Assembly (NCBI GenBank): GCA_013239625.1
Contig: MU056277.1
Location: 2,272,076-2,336,075 of the forward strand
Direction: 5' to 3'
DNA: 64,000 nt
Source of the DNA: Lama guanicoe
Taxonomy: Eukaryota
Part shown: piece after piece, positions 47,801 through 62,039 of the stretch
How positions within the stretch are numbered: position 1 is the stretch's first letter
How the letters are laid out: the number at the start of each line of letters is the position of its first letter
Notes under the pieces: generated by a model
The model's database searches: none
Seen by the model: the letters and a program-made list of their open reading frames with translations, nothing else
What the model was told of the DNA's origin: nothing
Translations under genes and position numbers: made by a program

Positions 47801-48308
47801 CTCCGCAGCCAAGAACATCTTCAGGATGGTTTTCACAGAGCTCTTCCCGGCCGGGAGGCCCCGGGGCTTCTCGCGGCCAAGGGGCTCCTGGGCCTGCGCG
47901 GGGCGGCCGGCTCCCTCCCCGGCCTTCTCCAGGAGCTTGTGGATGGTGGCCGCCACCAGGCCCCTGCTGGGGCCCTGCCGGTCCTTGCAGATCAGCCTCC
48001 CCACCTCCCGGGTCCTCTTGAGAGGCCCTCGGCCGGTGCCCATGAACTTGGCCTGGAGGAGCTGGAAGCGTGTGGGCCGCCGCTGGGCACCCTGGGGCTC
48101 GGGGGCACAGCACCACCCGCCTGCCGCGGGCTCTGCCCTCTTGGCGGGAGGAGGCCCCTGGGGCCCGTCCTCGAGGTCAGTGACGTAGAGCAGCAGGCTG
48201 CTGAGGATGGCGTGGGCTGCCAGGTCGCAGGTCACCCTGCTGACCTTCTTCCTGAGGGCTTGGACATCAATGGGCCTCTTGTTGCTGCAAATCCTGCTGC
48301 TCTTGGGG
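44810..48308 (-). CDS. ADPRHL1: ADPRHL1 giant alternative terminal exon (exon 8, long isoform), about 1165 aa low-complexity extension
   Basis: ttcttttccctgcag|C acceptor at 48308. Joins exon-7 ...GAG AA| to give AAC and stays in frame with the 1141-aa ORF (44810-48235). Ends ...HLAKYRAQSFSDQKSFDLSFRPMTLRANDTFTLPK*. A long ADPRHL1 isoform with a giant last exon is annotated in human (recalled). Confidence 0.85.
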
Positions 48309-51300
48309 CTGCAGGGAAAAGAACCGTCAGTTTTACCATCGTGTTTTCCAAGGTGGCTCCACAGAACGCCCTTACAGAGCTACCCTTTCTGACCCCAAGA
48401 GGTCCAGGAACAGAAAGGGACTTGGATCTGGGTGCACCTCTGCTGCTGCCTGAGAGGCAGGGGTGCGGGACGCTGCTTCCTTTTCAGTTCGCTGGCTGTG
48501 CTTTCTGACTCGCGCCCTCTGCAGGGCTTTGGAGAGCTGACGTGAGATGGTTTTGCGAGAGCCCTTTGGAAAGTTACCTGCGTGCGTACGGTATTTATGT
48601 CTTTAAATAACGGGCACATTTTGCTTGCACAAATTGGGGAGGAAGAAGCATAAGGCATTTCCGTCCTCTGGGTCTGTGCACACCTCTAACTGTAACGTGT
48701 TACGTCCTGACTCGGCCCTGGCTCATCCCAAGGGCGTGCAGTCCCCAGAGCTGAGCCTCCCAGAGCAGCAGTGAGACCCTCGGGCCCTGGGAGGAGGGGA
48801 ACTCAGCTTTCGGGGGGCCACGGGGGTGGGACCGATGTGCGGGGCCCCCAGAACAGGAGGGAATGGAGCTGGGGGCACTGGCCAGGCTCTGCCTTCCTGG
48901 CCCCCCCCTTGGAGACACATGCTCCTGGGGAACCCTCGAGGCTGAGAGGCCTGAGCCCCCGCTCTCCTGGCCCTGCCCCCGTGAGCCCTGCACCGCAGCC
49001 CAGCCTCCGACAGGCTGTGACCTCGCAGGGAAGGGAAGTCTCTGGGAGGTGCGGGCTCTGGGCCCGGGTCCAGGCCGAGGGGCTCTCCCCAGAGGGCGCG
49101 TCTGCCCAGCACAAGGACGAAGCTGGACAGACAAAGCCACCTCTCCAGACAGTAGTTTGGCAAAGATGTGCCCAGAACCCCAGCCCAGCCCTCCTCCCTG
49201 CTAGCCGTTCGTTCCAAGGGGGGGGATCAGGGTGCAGAGCCGAGACTGCAGGGACCGCTCCCAGTGCCACGTGTGACACCGACAACTGCAGACGCCCTAG
49301 AAGGCTGACACCGGGTGGGGCTCAAATACGGCCACATCCGCATTGGAGGACAAACCGCTGTGAGAAGGCGCTCCGCACGCTGCCGGAAACACAGGCCAAG
49401 AACAAACAGGAAGAAAGTATGTGAACATATGTTTCTTTCTGTAACTTTATGCGTTTTTGCAGAAAAGAGAGTTCCATTTTTAGAAGCTGCACACAAACTT
49501 AACTTTTAGGAAGCTGCTGGGAGCCCTCATGCGCTGGACTGACTGCGACTGCGCCCCCTGCTGGCCTACCACCCGACGGGAGAGCCCCTGGGTGGGCCGG
49601 GTGTCTGTCCATCCACTGCCCGGCAGTGGATCTGGACAGAGAATCACTCCTTTCAAGGAGTGAGGGGGCACGGATGTAACTGTGGACTCCTGACTCCCTG
49701 GGCTCCCCAGAACCCGGAATTCACCGGACACCGTGAACCCACGTGGACGCGGCTGCTCAGCCGCCCTCAGACGCTGAGGACGTCGGAACACCAGAAGGAC
49801 TCGGAAGCGCGCACAGCGGGGTGGCACCCCCAGAAGCCCCAGCTCAGATCCCCTGAAGCTGCCGGCGAAGGGACCCACTTTGAGAACCACTGGGATGGAG
49901 TGGACTATTTCCAACCGCAGACCACCGTGCACCTGAGACCCAGACCTCTAAGCCATGAGGTGGGTGTGGGTCAGCCTGGCCACAGGATGGGAATGTGCCC
50001 TGGGCCCCCCAGGCGGCACTTGGGCAGTGAGGGTCGGGGAGACGGAGCCACAGGCTCCCACGGTGTCGTGCTCTATTTGGGAAGGTCAGCAGTCCAAGAT
50101 GGCGCCCACCTGTGACACCTGCATCAAACCAGCCCCTCCCTGACACCGCCCCCGTGGTCTCTGTGGGCGTCTGCTCCGTGGTCTGTGTGAGTGCCCACTC
50201 TCCCTCATGATGAGGTCACTCGCCAAGGGTTGCATGGGGTCACCAGAGACCACCTTTTGGCAGGTTACAGATGCCCACGGTGGATTAGTGGTCCAGGTGC
50301 TTCATCCAGAGCCCTGGACTTGTCCCTGCCTATCTTCCAAAGGGAGACATGGCCTAGGACCCCCGAGGGGATGGTGAGGAGGTGAGGTCAGTCCTGTGGC
50401 CGAGTGCTGGGGCATTTACTTCTACCCTGATTGTTACGTGGGGGTCCCCAGCCAAGTAGGGGGTCACAGCCGCAGAAGGGGATGAATTCCAGCCCAGAGC
50501 CTGCTGTCCTCATGCACACAGGAGCCTCTGGGGCTCCATGTGGGGTCCCCCTGCCCTATTCTCCAGGCCCAGAGCTCAGCCTACCTGGCCTCCTACTCTG
50601 CTCCAGCCACACTACACTCGGCCAGTTTTGAGCTCATTCCTACCCCAGGGCCTTTGCGTGAGCCACTCCTGCTACTTAGGGCAGATTGTGAGTGGGGCTT
50701 CTCATGTCCCCTCCTGAGCACATGGCCCAGGGCGCCCCTAGCGCATCACGGGAGAACCCTTGCTACACACCCTCGTCTGAAATTCGAGTGCAGCTCTAAG
50801 TTCAGACATGTCGAGTGTGGTTCCACGTGTCTCCTGTCCCAGCTTGAGGCCTCCACGGGGGGACATGGTCTCTCCTTTCCCCAGGGGAACGCCCACTCCC
50901 TGCTGCACAGAGTCCTTCTGCCGGGGCCTCCTGCCAGGTTCTGCCCAGCTCTCCTCCACTCGCCTTAAGCTCTGGGCTCCTGAAGTTATGTCTCCTGGCA
51001 GTGCTGGGTGCTTTCCCAGCTCCATGCTTCGTCCACACTGAGCCTCCGGCCTGGCACAGCTGCACCCCCTGACGAGCTCCTATTCATCCTTCACGACCCA
51101 GTTCTGATGCCCCTGCTTTCCCAGGTGTGCAGTGGCACCATCTGCATTGGTCCTGCTAGGCCTCTCAGCGTCCCCCACAGTGTGACACTCCCGGCCACTG
51201 CACCCCAAAGTCACTAAGTCAGAGTGGCCGTGGGGGGAGCAAGTGCCCGTGGGGGCGAGTGCCCCATGGGGGCATGGTCCTCTGCCCGGCCTGTCCCTCC

Positions 51301-52942
51301 AGACCCAAAGGCCAGCCCAGCCCAGCACACTCTTCCTCCACCTCCCAGCATAGGACACGCAGGCAAGGTTACGGTTCCCGCCCATCAAAGTCAATGGGGG
51401 TCTAGGGTCAGCCAGCGCGCCTCCGCCCTGCCAGTGCTTCCTAGGGGACGGTGGGGCCTGTGGCTTCATGTCCCACCCCTGGTGGAGTGGACGTGACCAA
51501 GCCCGTCCCAGGACAGGGCTGGAACATGTTTCTCTCAGGGCCAGTATCAACAACAGGGCTGCAGTAAATGTTCCTGACTCAGTCCTGTCAGTAACTCTGC
51601 CCTGAGAGGTCACTTGAAAACACAGGGACACCAGAGTCACCACTGTGACACACCGTGTCCCACCTTGGCCGCCAGCCAGACCCTCTGTGGTGTGCGGGTG
51701 TGGGAAGGACCGGACCCTGCATCCCAGCCGAGGGAAAGGGCAAGGAGTGTCCAGTGCCGCCAGGGGGGCCGCCCCTCCTTGGGGCCTGGCTGACCTCTGC
51801 CACCTGCCAGCAGGGCCCCTGCCCCCGCGAGACCCTGCTCATGCATCCTGGGGAGGAGGGGAGGAGGAGGGGGAGGGGGGAGGCCGCCGCCCCCCGGCCA
51901 CCACCCCGGGCGCTGAAGCAGTTCCTGGGCGGGGATGCTGTGTTCTAGGGAGCTGGCGGCTGGTCTGGGGCGCGTCTGGCCCCTGACTCGCCGCTGACCC
52001 GCCCTCGCCCATTTCCACATTCCCACCCTCTCAGGGCGAGCCAGGGGCACACGGCGGCCCTCCTGCCACCCTGGCAGGGGTCTTCTCTGTGGCGCTAAGA
52101 CCCCTCCCCAGCTCTTGGCCAGCAGCCCCCCAGGCCGGTCCCCTGCCACCCCAGGTGTGTGCTCTGCCGGGGACCCGGCAGCAGCGGAACTGCATCATCT
52201 GACGTGCTAATGCTCTCCGCCCCACAACTATACCCAGGGGACAGAGACAGGGCCGGACTCTGCCCCCACCCCCGGCCTGGCGCACAGACGGGCCTCACTC
52301 AGGGTGTGGATGGAGATGCACCTGCACACTGTGCTGTTACCACAGCTGCTCCTGACCCTGCGTCCCCACGTCCCTGCAGAGCCATGGAGGCCAGCTTATC
52401 CTGCCCTCCTCCAGCCCCTGGTGGGGCTGCATGCAGCCGATGCTTAATAAATGCCTCGCCTCCGTGTGACTGTAGAGGCACCGTGGGCTCAGGAGAGGTG
52501 GGGAGAGAGGAGTGGGCTGCCCCCGGTCTCTGCAGGGACAGCCAGAGGCCGCGTGGCCGTTGTAACAGCGACTGCAAATCGCAGCCCCAGCCCCGGTGGG
52601 CAGCGCCTGTCTCTCTAGTGAAAGAAATGTCTGGCTGTTTTGCGCTTTACTCAGTGACGAGGTGGCTAACAGCGGACACTGTGCCAGCGACAGCCTGACA
52701 ACCTGGACCCTGTGCTTCCTGGAAGTGAGTCTGGAAAAGGAGGGTGGGTGTCCTCTGGGCTGGAGACCCCGTGGCCTTGCACCTACACCTCACATCCTGG
52801 CCCTGGCCGTGGGGGGACAGAGGGCTGTTGGTCCAGCGGGGGCCCCAGGCCCTGAGCGTGGGCGGCTGTTCCAGGACCTGAGATTCGGGGACTGAGCAGT
52901 GTGTTCTGGGGACGCCCTCTCGAACCTGATGATGACTACTGC

Positions 52943-53050
52943 TGTGTGTGTGTGCGTATGAGTGTGTGTTTGCATGTGTCTGTGTGTTTGCATGCACGTG
53001 TCTGCGTGTGTCTGCGTCTCTGCGCACACGTGTCTGTGTGTGTCCATGTC
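52943..53050. repeat. Degenerate (TG)n repeat running into the assembly gap
   Basis: Read directly. Confidence 0.85.
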
Positions 53051-53178
53051 NNNNNNNNNNNNNNNNNNNNNNNNNNNNNNNNNNNNNNNNNNNNNNNNNN
53101 NNNNNNNNNNNNNNNNNNNNNNNNNNNNNNNNNNNNNNNNNNNNNNNNNNNNNNNNNNNNNNNNNNNNNNNNNNNNNN
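53051..53178. other. Assembly gap (128 N)
   Basis: Run of N within ADPRHL1 intron 7. Confidence 0.99.
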
Positions 53179-54789
53179 GGGACAGGCGGGGAGAGCGGCG
53201 CAGCAGGTGGGGCTCACCATCAGTACATCAGCAGTTGGTGAACCTGGCTGAGGGGACCACAGATACTTTGTTATTACTAAGACTTGTGTGTGTTGGAAGC
53301 ACTTGAGGACAGTTAGGACAGGTCAGGAAGGAAGCAAAGCAAGGTGATGAGTGCCTTCTGACCCTAGAAACACAGACGGCCCAGCCCGGCAGGGACACTG
53401 GGCCCCTGGCTTACCCGGGCTGCCGATGCCCCCTGTGGCTGCAGCTCTTAGAGGGCCCTGTGGCTGGGTTCCAGCCAGGCCAGCGAGCGGCTCCCATCTG
53501 CATCGTGGGGGTGGGGGTCGAGGTGGAGGTGCCCTTGGGCGCCGTCTTGCCTGCAGCTCGGCAGCCTGAGAGCCTGAGAGCCGGCTGCTGCCGCTGCCCC
53601 CGCCCTGCCCCATCGGTCCTCCTGCCCCACCTTGGGGTGAATTTCACGATGGAGTTTTAAACCCACATGTTTGGCAGAGCGTCAGCTCGGGTATTTTGTG
53701 TTCCATCAGTTGGCGTCGGGTCGATTCTCCCAGTCCTGTCTGCCCTGGGGGCGGGGTTCCCCTGTGGGGCTGGGGGCTGTGGTGAAGCCTCGAGGAGTCA
53801 AGGAGGCCGGAGGGCAGTTACGGAGCAGGAGCTGGCTGGTCAGACTGGTCTCTCCACCCAGCCTGGGGCTCAGGCTCCTCTGTGGCACAGGGCCTTCCCC
53901 TCCCTGAGCCTCCTACTGACGGTGCTCGGGTTTGGGGAGATGCGCCTGGAGGTGGCGGTCACCATGGTCATGTCAGAGAGCCGGCCGCTGGAACCTCCGA
54001 GGGGGCCCTCCTGCTGTTGCCCCGTGACTAGCCCTGCCTGAGGGAAGTGACAGCTGTGTCTGCACTGCTCCCAGACGTGAAAACACCAGGGAACATGACT
54101 GGAATACTAAATGCAAAACCTTCCAGCCAAAGAGCGTGGGGACAGGAATTAACTGAAATCAGCCTGAAGCCTCAAAACGCCTGAGGGGGGCAAGGCACCT
54201 GCCCCCACATCGGAGCCACAGGCAGGAGCTGGGGGCCTGCCCCTGGGACACAATGCAAGCCCTTCCAGCGGGCACCACGTTCCAGCCGCAGGCAGGGCTG
54301 CCCCCCAGCCCCAGACCTCACGCCCACGTCCTGTGCCAGCAACGGGACCACTGACACAGGCTGTGGCTACAGACGCAGGCGGGAACGGCGCGCGGGTCAC
54401 ACCCCAGGACCCACACCTGCCCTGAGTCACCGTCGCCTGTCCACCGGGAGCCGGAGGCAAAACCGCCCCTGCAGCTGCGGGGAAAACCCGCCGTGCCGTT
54501 GGTGGAGATGAACTTCTCAGAGGCACAGGAATGGACATTTGGAGTCAGCGCGAGGAGGAGCGTCTGAAGACGCCACTTCAGGACAGGAAGCTACCTGGCA
54601 GTGCGCCAGAGGGTCCGAGCACACGTGGTGGCACGGCACACGTGGGGGAGCTCCAAGCAAGAGCGCAAAAGGCCAAGGGGGGCGCGCGTGATGACGCAGG
54701 AAGAACTAAAGAGTGGCCAAGTGAAAGACGCCCAAAGTAAGTACTGCGTAACACGTAGCTCCCATCTGCGGAGAAAGGCAGCGTGAGCC

Positions 54790-54903
54790 TGTGTCTGTGT
54801 GTGTGAACGGACGTGTGTGCGTGTACGCGAGTGTGTTTGTGTCAGTGCGTGTACGTGTGTGAATGTGTGTGTGTGCACGTGTGTGTGTGTGTGAATGTGT
54901 GTA
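54790..54903. repeat. Degenerate (TG)n repeat
   Basis: Read directly. Confidence 0.85.
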
Positions 54904-56650
54904 ACACACAAATCCAAGCGTGTGGAGAGCTTTCTGGAAGGACACAGAAGGACCCATGCTTCTCTGGTCCCTGGTGCTGAGTCTGGGTGACGGTGCGGAG
55001 GAACCGTGCTTCCCACACGCCCCACTTGTGGGGCTGAGCTCTGGAAGCTGTGTGCAGGTCTTCCTTTTCCAATAAAGATGGAGCCACTAAGTATTACAGT
55101 TTTAAACATCTGAGCAGGTGTGGAATTCTCCTCATTGCTTCTAGTGGGTTTGCTTTCCTTTTCAACATCTGCGTCCCTCTGTAACAGCAGGAAGACACGG
55201 GGAAGGAGTCTGACTCTGATCTATGATGCCTATGAATGTGTCTAACTTACGGTCGGCCTGTAGACAGACTCACTCCCTGGTTCTCAGGGACGGGCTTGAT
55301 TCTCCTCGGTCGTCAATCAGAGGGATCAAGGGCCCTCTGACCCAGCCGCACCCCGTTCCTCTCGGCGGTTCCCTTCCGCATGGCAGAGTTGAAAGGGCCG
55401 CTTTGGGGGGAAGCTGGGGAAACGGGACATCACTTCCAAACAGGAAGCCCACCGCGTCGAGTGCGCCTGGGAAAGGGGTCCACTCACCTTAACCGGGTCT
55501 GGTCCTGGAAGACAACTCGCAGTGACTCCCCCACACCCACTAGCACTGTGTGGACCCTGCCTGGTGGAGGGGCCTGTGCCTCTGCCTCTTTGGACCGGAA
55601 ACTATCACCAGCAGCGAGGTTAGTTCAGTTATGCAGGATCGTGCGTGGAAACCACCGTGTCACCCTCTGCGTGTACGTGAAGGCCCACGGGTTCTCCCCG
55701 GCACGGAGGGGAGCCTGCGCTTCCCTCAGAAAAGAAAAGTGATGGGTTCGCTGGAAGCATGCCTGCCCTATGCCCACAGCCCGGGGCATGGGGGGGGGAG
55801 TGGGGTGCCGGGGAGGGCCTCAGGGCTGTGTCCGAGTGGCCAGCAGGGATGGCCTGGCTGTGCTCCGAGGCAGGCCTCCAACACACAGAGCTTGCAGTCA
55901 CAGGACCGGCTGGCCAAGCTGCCAAGCGCGTGTTACTTGTCAATCACCCTCCACCATTTCACTCACACCAGACGCTACTTCAAGAAGACTGGGTCCAAGG
56001 TTATTTTTAGCAAGAGCAAGTGTCCTCTCTCAAGGCTGTCGGCTTAGAAGCCCAGGCCACAGGGGACAGGAACCAGCCCTGCTCCTTGTCAGGGCCTGGG
56101 GGCGGGGCAGCAGACCCTGTGTTTCCTACTTCGTCAGTTAGTTGTTCCATCAGCCCCTAGTGCGACTGAAGCCGGGGCCGGCGGGTCAAGCGCAGCGCTT
56201 GGGCTCCGGTACCTACTGCTCCTCCCTCTGCTGTGCAGACACTGCGGTGCGCGTGGCCGAGGCCCGCCAGGCCGCGGAGCCTGAGATTGGCAGCTGTCCA
56301 AATGCGCATCTGAGAGCTCAAACCAGGCAGCGGCGGGGTCCTGCAGACGGAGGCGGCCCGCTGGAGCAGGGCCGTGGTGGTTAGTGCCGTCCAGTGAGTG
56401 AGCAGAGAGCGTTAGTTTTGCGACAGAATAAAATACACCGATTGTCCGAGAGACTCTCCGTGACACTGTATTTGGAGGCTTGAGGGAGTCAGATCCAGTG
56501 AGGCAGCGGTAAGGCCCTGGGCTTGGGCCAGGAAGAAGACTCCCGTAGGACAAGCGATGTATTTTATGCAGCAGTTAGAGTCCTGAAGTCGGGGGAGTTA
56601 GAGTGTCGCGGGAGCTGCGTGTGGCGGAGGGGCCTGGGAGGGAAGCGGCT

Positions 56651-57040
<390 letters not shown>

Positions 57041-57248
57041 TCAGGGGGCCACACCCCGCGAGCTCCTGGCCCCGTGGGCTGCCCTCCTGCCCTCAGCCGG
57101 GTTTGGGGCCGCCCCCTCCTCCGCATGCCAGCCAGCTGCTCAGGGCCCTGCTGTCCTCCCCGCTGCTCCCCGTCTCCCGGGAACTGGAGGTCCCCGCAGT
57201 GTGGGTGGGGATTGTGCATGCAGGAGGGGCCTGGCGGGTGTCCTTTTA

Positions 57249-57611
<363 letters not shown>

Positions 57612-58159
57612 TCAGGGGAGGGGACACTGCGTCAGACACATCACAGCAGGAGCTCCTGGTTCATCTAGGGGACCATTGTTCACTCGCTCACCGAGCACTT
57701 ATGTGATGCCACCTTGTGCAGGCGTGCCCCAGGCTGCGGAGGGACAGTGAGCAGGAGACAGTCTCCCACGGCCCTCATGCCCCCAGCCCCCCCAGATAAA
57801 TGAACGTGCTAGCTGCAGGCAGTGAAGTCTGCGAGCAAAGGGTCTGAAGTGCAGTGAGGGGCTGTTGCGACCTGCGGCCTGGGTGGGGCGAAGGGACAAG
57901 CGAGGTCGAGCAGGCACTGTGTGTGGTCAGGGCCGCAGACTGGCTGGAGATTGTGGGCAATGATGGCTCAAGCAGCTGGTGGCACAGAGCAAGTCCCTCT
58001 GTGAGAGACTGAGGAGAGCAGGGAGGTGGACGTGGGCAGATCACTCCCCTGTGCCTTAGCAACAGAGTCAGCGTCGGTTTGGGACAACAGCGTCTCCACT
58101 GGAAGAAGTGTTTCTGCGTCTTCCTGCACCCAGGGAGGGCCGTAAGACACGAATGAAAG

Positions 58160-58450
58160 GGCAGTAGGAAGCACCTGAAGAGGGAAGGGTGGGCCCTTCC
58201 TTTCTCCCTACTCCTTCCTGACACCTGGAATGCAGATGTGCTGGCTGGAGCTGGGGTGGCTAGTTTGGGCTATGAGGCATGCTCTGAGAACAGCAGAGCA
58301 GCTAGACAGAAGGATCTTCAGCTCCTTCTTGCAAGGGAATTCTGACTCAATTCTGGACTCCCTCAATGTAAGGACGGAAAACTTCTGTCTTGGCTAAGCC
58401 ACAGTTACTTAGGGTTTTCTCTTGTGCTACCAAATGTGACCCCAGTGATT
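58160..58450 (+). mobile_element. Old MaLR LTR fragment (MLT1-like)
   Basis: cctggaatgcagatgtgctggctggagctg...aaacttctgtcttggctaagccac...gggttttct pattern. Confidence 0.55.
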
Positions 58451-58516
58451 TCAGCCACTTAGGGGATTTTCTCAGCATGGGGAATGCAGGTGGTTTGCAC
58501 AAACCTATTTATCCTA

Positions 58517-59077
<561 letters not shown>

Positions 59078-59691
59078 TCAGATGTTCTACACTGAGGCAG
59101 AGTCTGCAGCACCTTTAAGTGCGTTCCCTTGGAAATTCTAAACCTGTGCATTTTTGTTAATGCAACACTGTGCCTGCCGAGTCAGGACAGAGGATGTCAG
59201 CCCTAATTAACAGGTTGACGTCCATGCCCCAGAGGCACTGAAGCCACTTCCTGAAGTCACGTGTGTGCGACGCTGTCCCAGGAAGTCTGGGGCAGCAGCT
59301 GTGCTGGCTCGTGGGTGACGGGGACCGGGGATGGGGACTGGGGACAGCGCCCGTGGTCGAGAACCGGAGGCAGGGGATGCTCTGGGCCTAGCGCCTCGCC
59401 ATCCTTACCTCGGTGGCTGGGCTGGCACACGGTCCCGTCCTCCCGTCCAGCTCGAGGCCCAGCCGAGTGCGAGCTGAGTAGGGAGGCTGGGGAGCCAGTC
59501 CACGAGGCAGACTGAGGTGGGAAGAGCATCAGGCCGGGGGGGCCTGAGAGTGGGGAGCGCCCGCCCCCGCCGTCCAGCCTCAGGGATGCCAGGCGGTCTC
59601 CACAGAGACCTGGGGTCACGGCTGGGGGTCCCCGAGCACGCCAGCCCCCTGCCCCCAGCCAGGTGATACCCCAGACCTTCTTCGTGGGTCA

Positions 59692-60009
<318 letters not shown>

Positions 60010-61378
60010 TCAGGGGGCATGCTGGCCCCTGCGTCCCTGACCAGGACCCACCTTGAAGATTTGACCTCCCATTTCCACCTGCCCCAGGGTCACGGCCGTC
60101 CTTCAGGGGGAACACCTGCTTCCTGTGTGAGCAGAGCGGCTATGGGAGGGATGCGGCCAGCCCGAGGGAGCGCTTCCTCTGCCCAGACGTCAGCTCCAGG
60201 GATGAGCATCCAGTTCTCACACCCAGGGCTCGGCTCGCTCTGACCACCCGCCAGCGCCCCTCCCGTCACGGGGCATTTCCGCCGCACTGTGGGGAATAGA
60301 CATCGCAGCTCTTGCTGCCAAAGGCAGCTCAGATTGACAAGGAGAGTGCAGTTGTCAACTGTGCACAGTCGAACCCTCGTCATCACCCTAAAAATATGCA
60401 AACGACTTGACTCCCATGCAGGAAGTGACACGTCCTTAATACGAGTGGGTGATACATCAGCCCACGTCTTAGACGATTAAATTTTCAAACCAGATTCCCA
60501 TACTCACCAAATTGTTTCCAAATGCTCAGCCCCTTCCTGTTTGAAGGCTATTCACGCTGACTTTACTTCGGCTGAACCGTGAGTGAGCAGGCGTCCAGCG
60601 TCCACCGGCCCCAACTGTCCCCAGTGTCGCCTCCCCCCACCGCCAGCTACACTGTATGCCTTCTGCTCAAACCTTAGGGATCTAACGAACTCATCTGTGG
60701 AGGCTGTGGCTCAGCTGTCACCCCTGCCGTGGACTCAAAGGCATATTTTGTCACGTTCACGCCTTGGGTGCCACGTTGCCCACAGAGGGGCGCATCCGGG
60801 GGCACAGGGTGGGCCTTGCAGTTTGGCGGCTGACACAGGTAAACCTGGGCACCATAGGTGACATTGGATGGGGCAGCTGGCAGCCCCAACCTCGAGGGGG
60901 CTGGGGAGGGTGTGACACACCTCGCCGGGACAACGGCGGGTCACGAGGAGGCTGGCTACCTTCCTGGTCACGTCTCACAGGCGGCGCTGCCGCCCTCGGA
61001 CCACGGGCCCGGGGAACCCAGAGCGCAGGTCCCCTGAGGTTCCCTTTTCCCTCCTCACTAGCAGCCGGCAGGCCCTGCCACAGGTGAGGAGATGCAGGCT
61101 TGGGCAGTGGGGGGACTTGGTCCAGCTCCCTTAGCCCGTGTCTGTCTGGCCTAGAGCCCAGCTGGGGCGCAGCGCAGGGCCACGTGGAGTGTGATCGCCC
61201 AGCTGGCTCCAGGGGGACGACCGCACAGAACCGCTGGTTCCCGTGACTCCCGCATGGATCCCAGTTTCCTCCAGAACCCAGGGCTGCTCTTTTGTCTTTA
61301 TTGTGACATGAGCCACGTGAAACCAAGGAGAACACTTTCCTGTCCACGGCCACCGGCTCGTTGCCAGCCCTGCTCTCA

Positions 61379-61642
<264 letters not shown>

Positions 61643-61819
61643 TCACGAGTGATCGAACATGAACAAAGATTCATGTAGTAACACACTGATCGTAGCGCCA
61701 TTCAAATGAGTCAAAAATAGGGAAACTGAGTAAATTCCTGATAAAGAAAAGAGATGAAAGAAATCGCAAAGCAAGCATGTGCTGGAATGCCACAGCGCCT
61801 TTAAAACCAGAATTTAAGG

Positions 61820-61945
61820 AACATTTTTTATTGAAGTGCAGTCGACTTACAGGGTTAGTTTCAAGTGTGCAGCAGAGTGACTCAGGTGTACGTGTGCACA
61901 CGTGCGTATTTTCTCCTTTCAGATTCTTTTCCATTGTATGTAAAA
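61820..61945 (-). mobile_element. L1 3'-terminal fragment
   Basis: ttttttattgaagtgcagtcgacttaca...ttagtttcaagtgtgcagcagagtgactcag...ttcagattcttttccatt, an antisense L1 end. Confidence 0.75.
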
Positions 61946-62039
61946 TGGAATTTTCATGGTGTGTGGACATGCTCGAAAGGTGCTTGTGCTGCGAAAATTT
62001 AGGAGACAGAACTGTGCACACAGCGTCTTTTAATGACAC

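Noticed and set aside
46875-48188. 437-aa + strand ORF (and the 392-aa and 337-aa + ORFs at 44688-45960)
   Set aside because: Antisense shadows of the GC-rich ADPRHL1 exon 8. No recognisable domain, ATG context or splice support.
56001-56010. Perfect MEF2 consensus TTATTTTTAG near the ADPRHL1 short 3' end
   Set aside because: A degenerate 10-mer expected a few times by chance in 64 kb. Not supportable without conservation or ChIP data.
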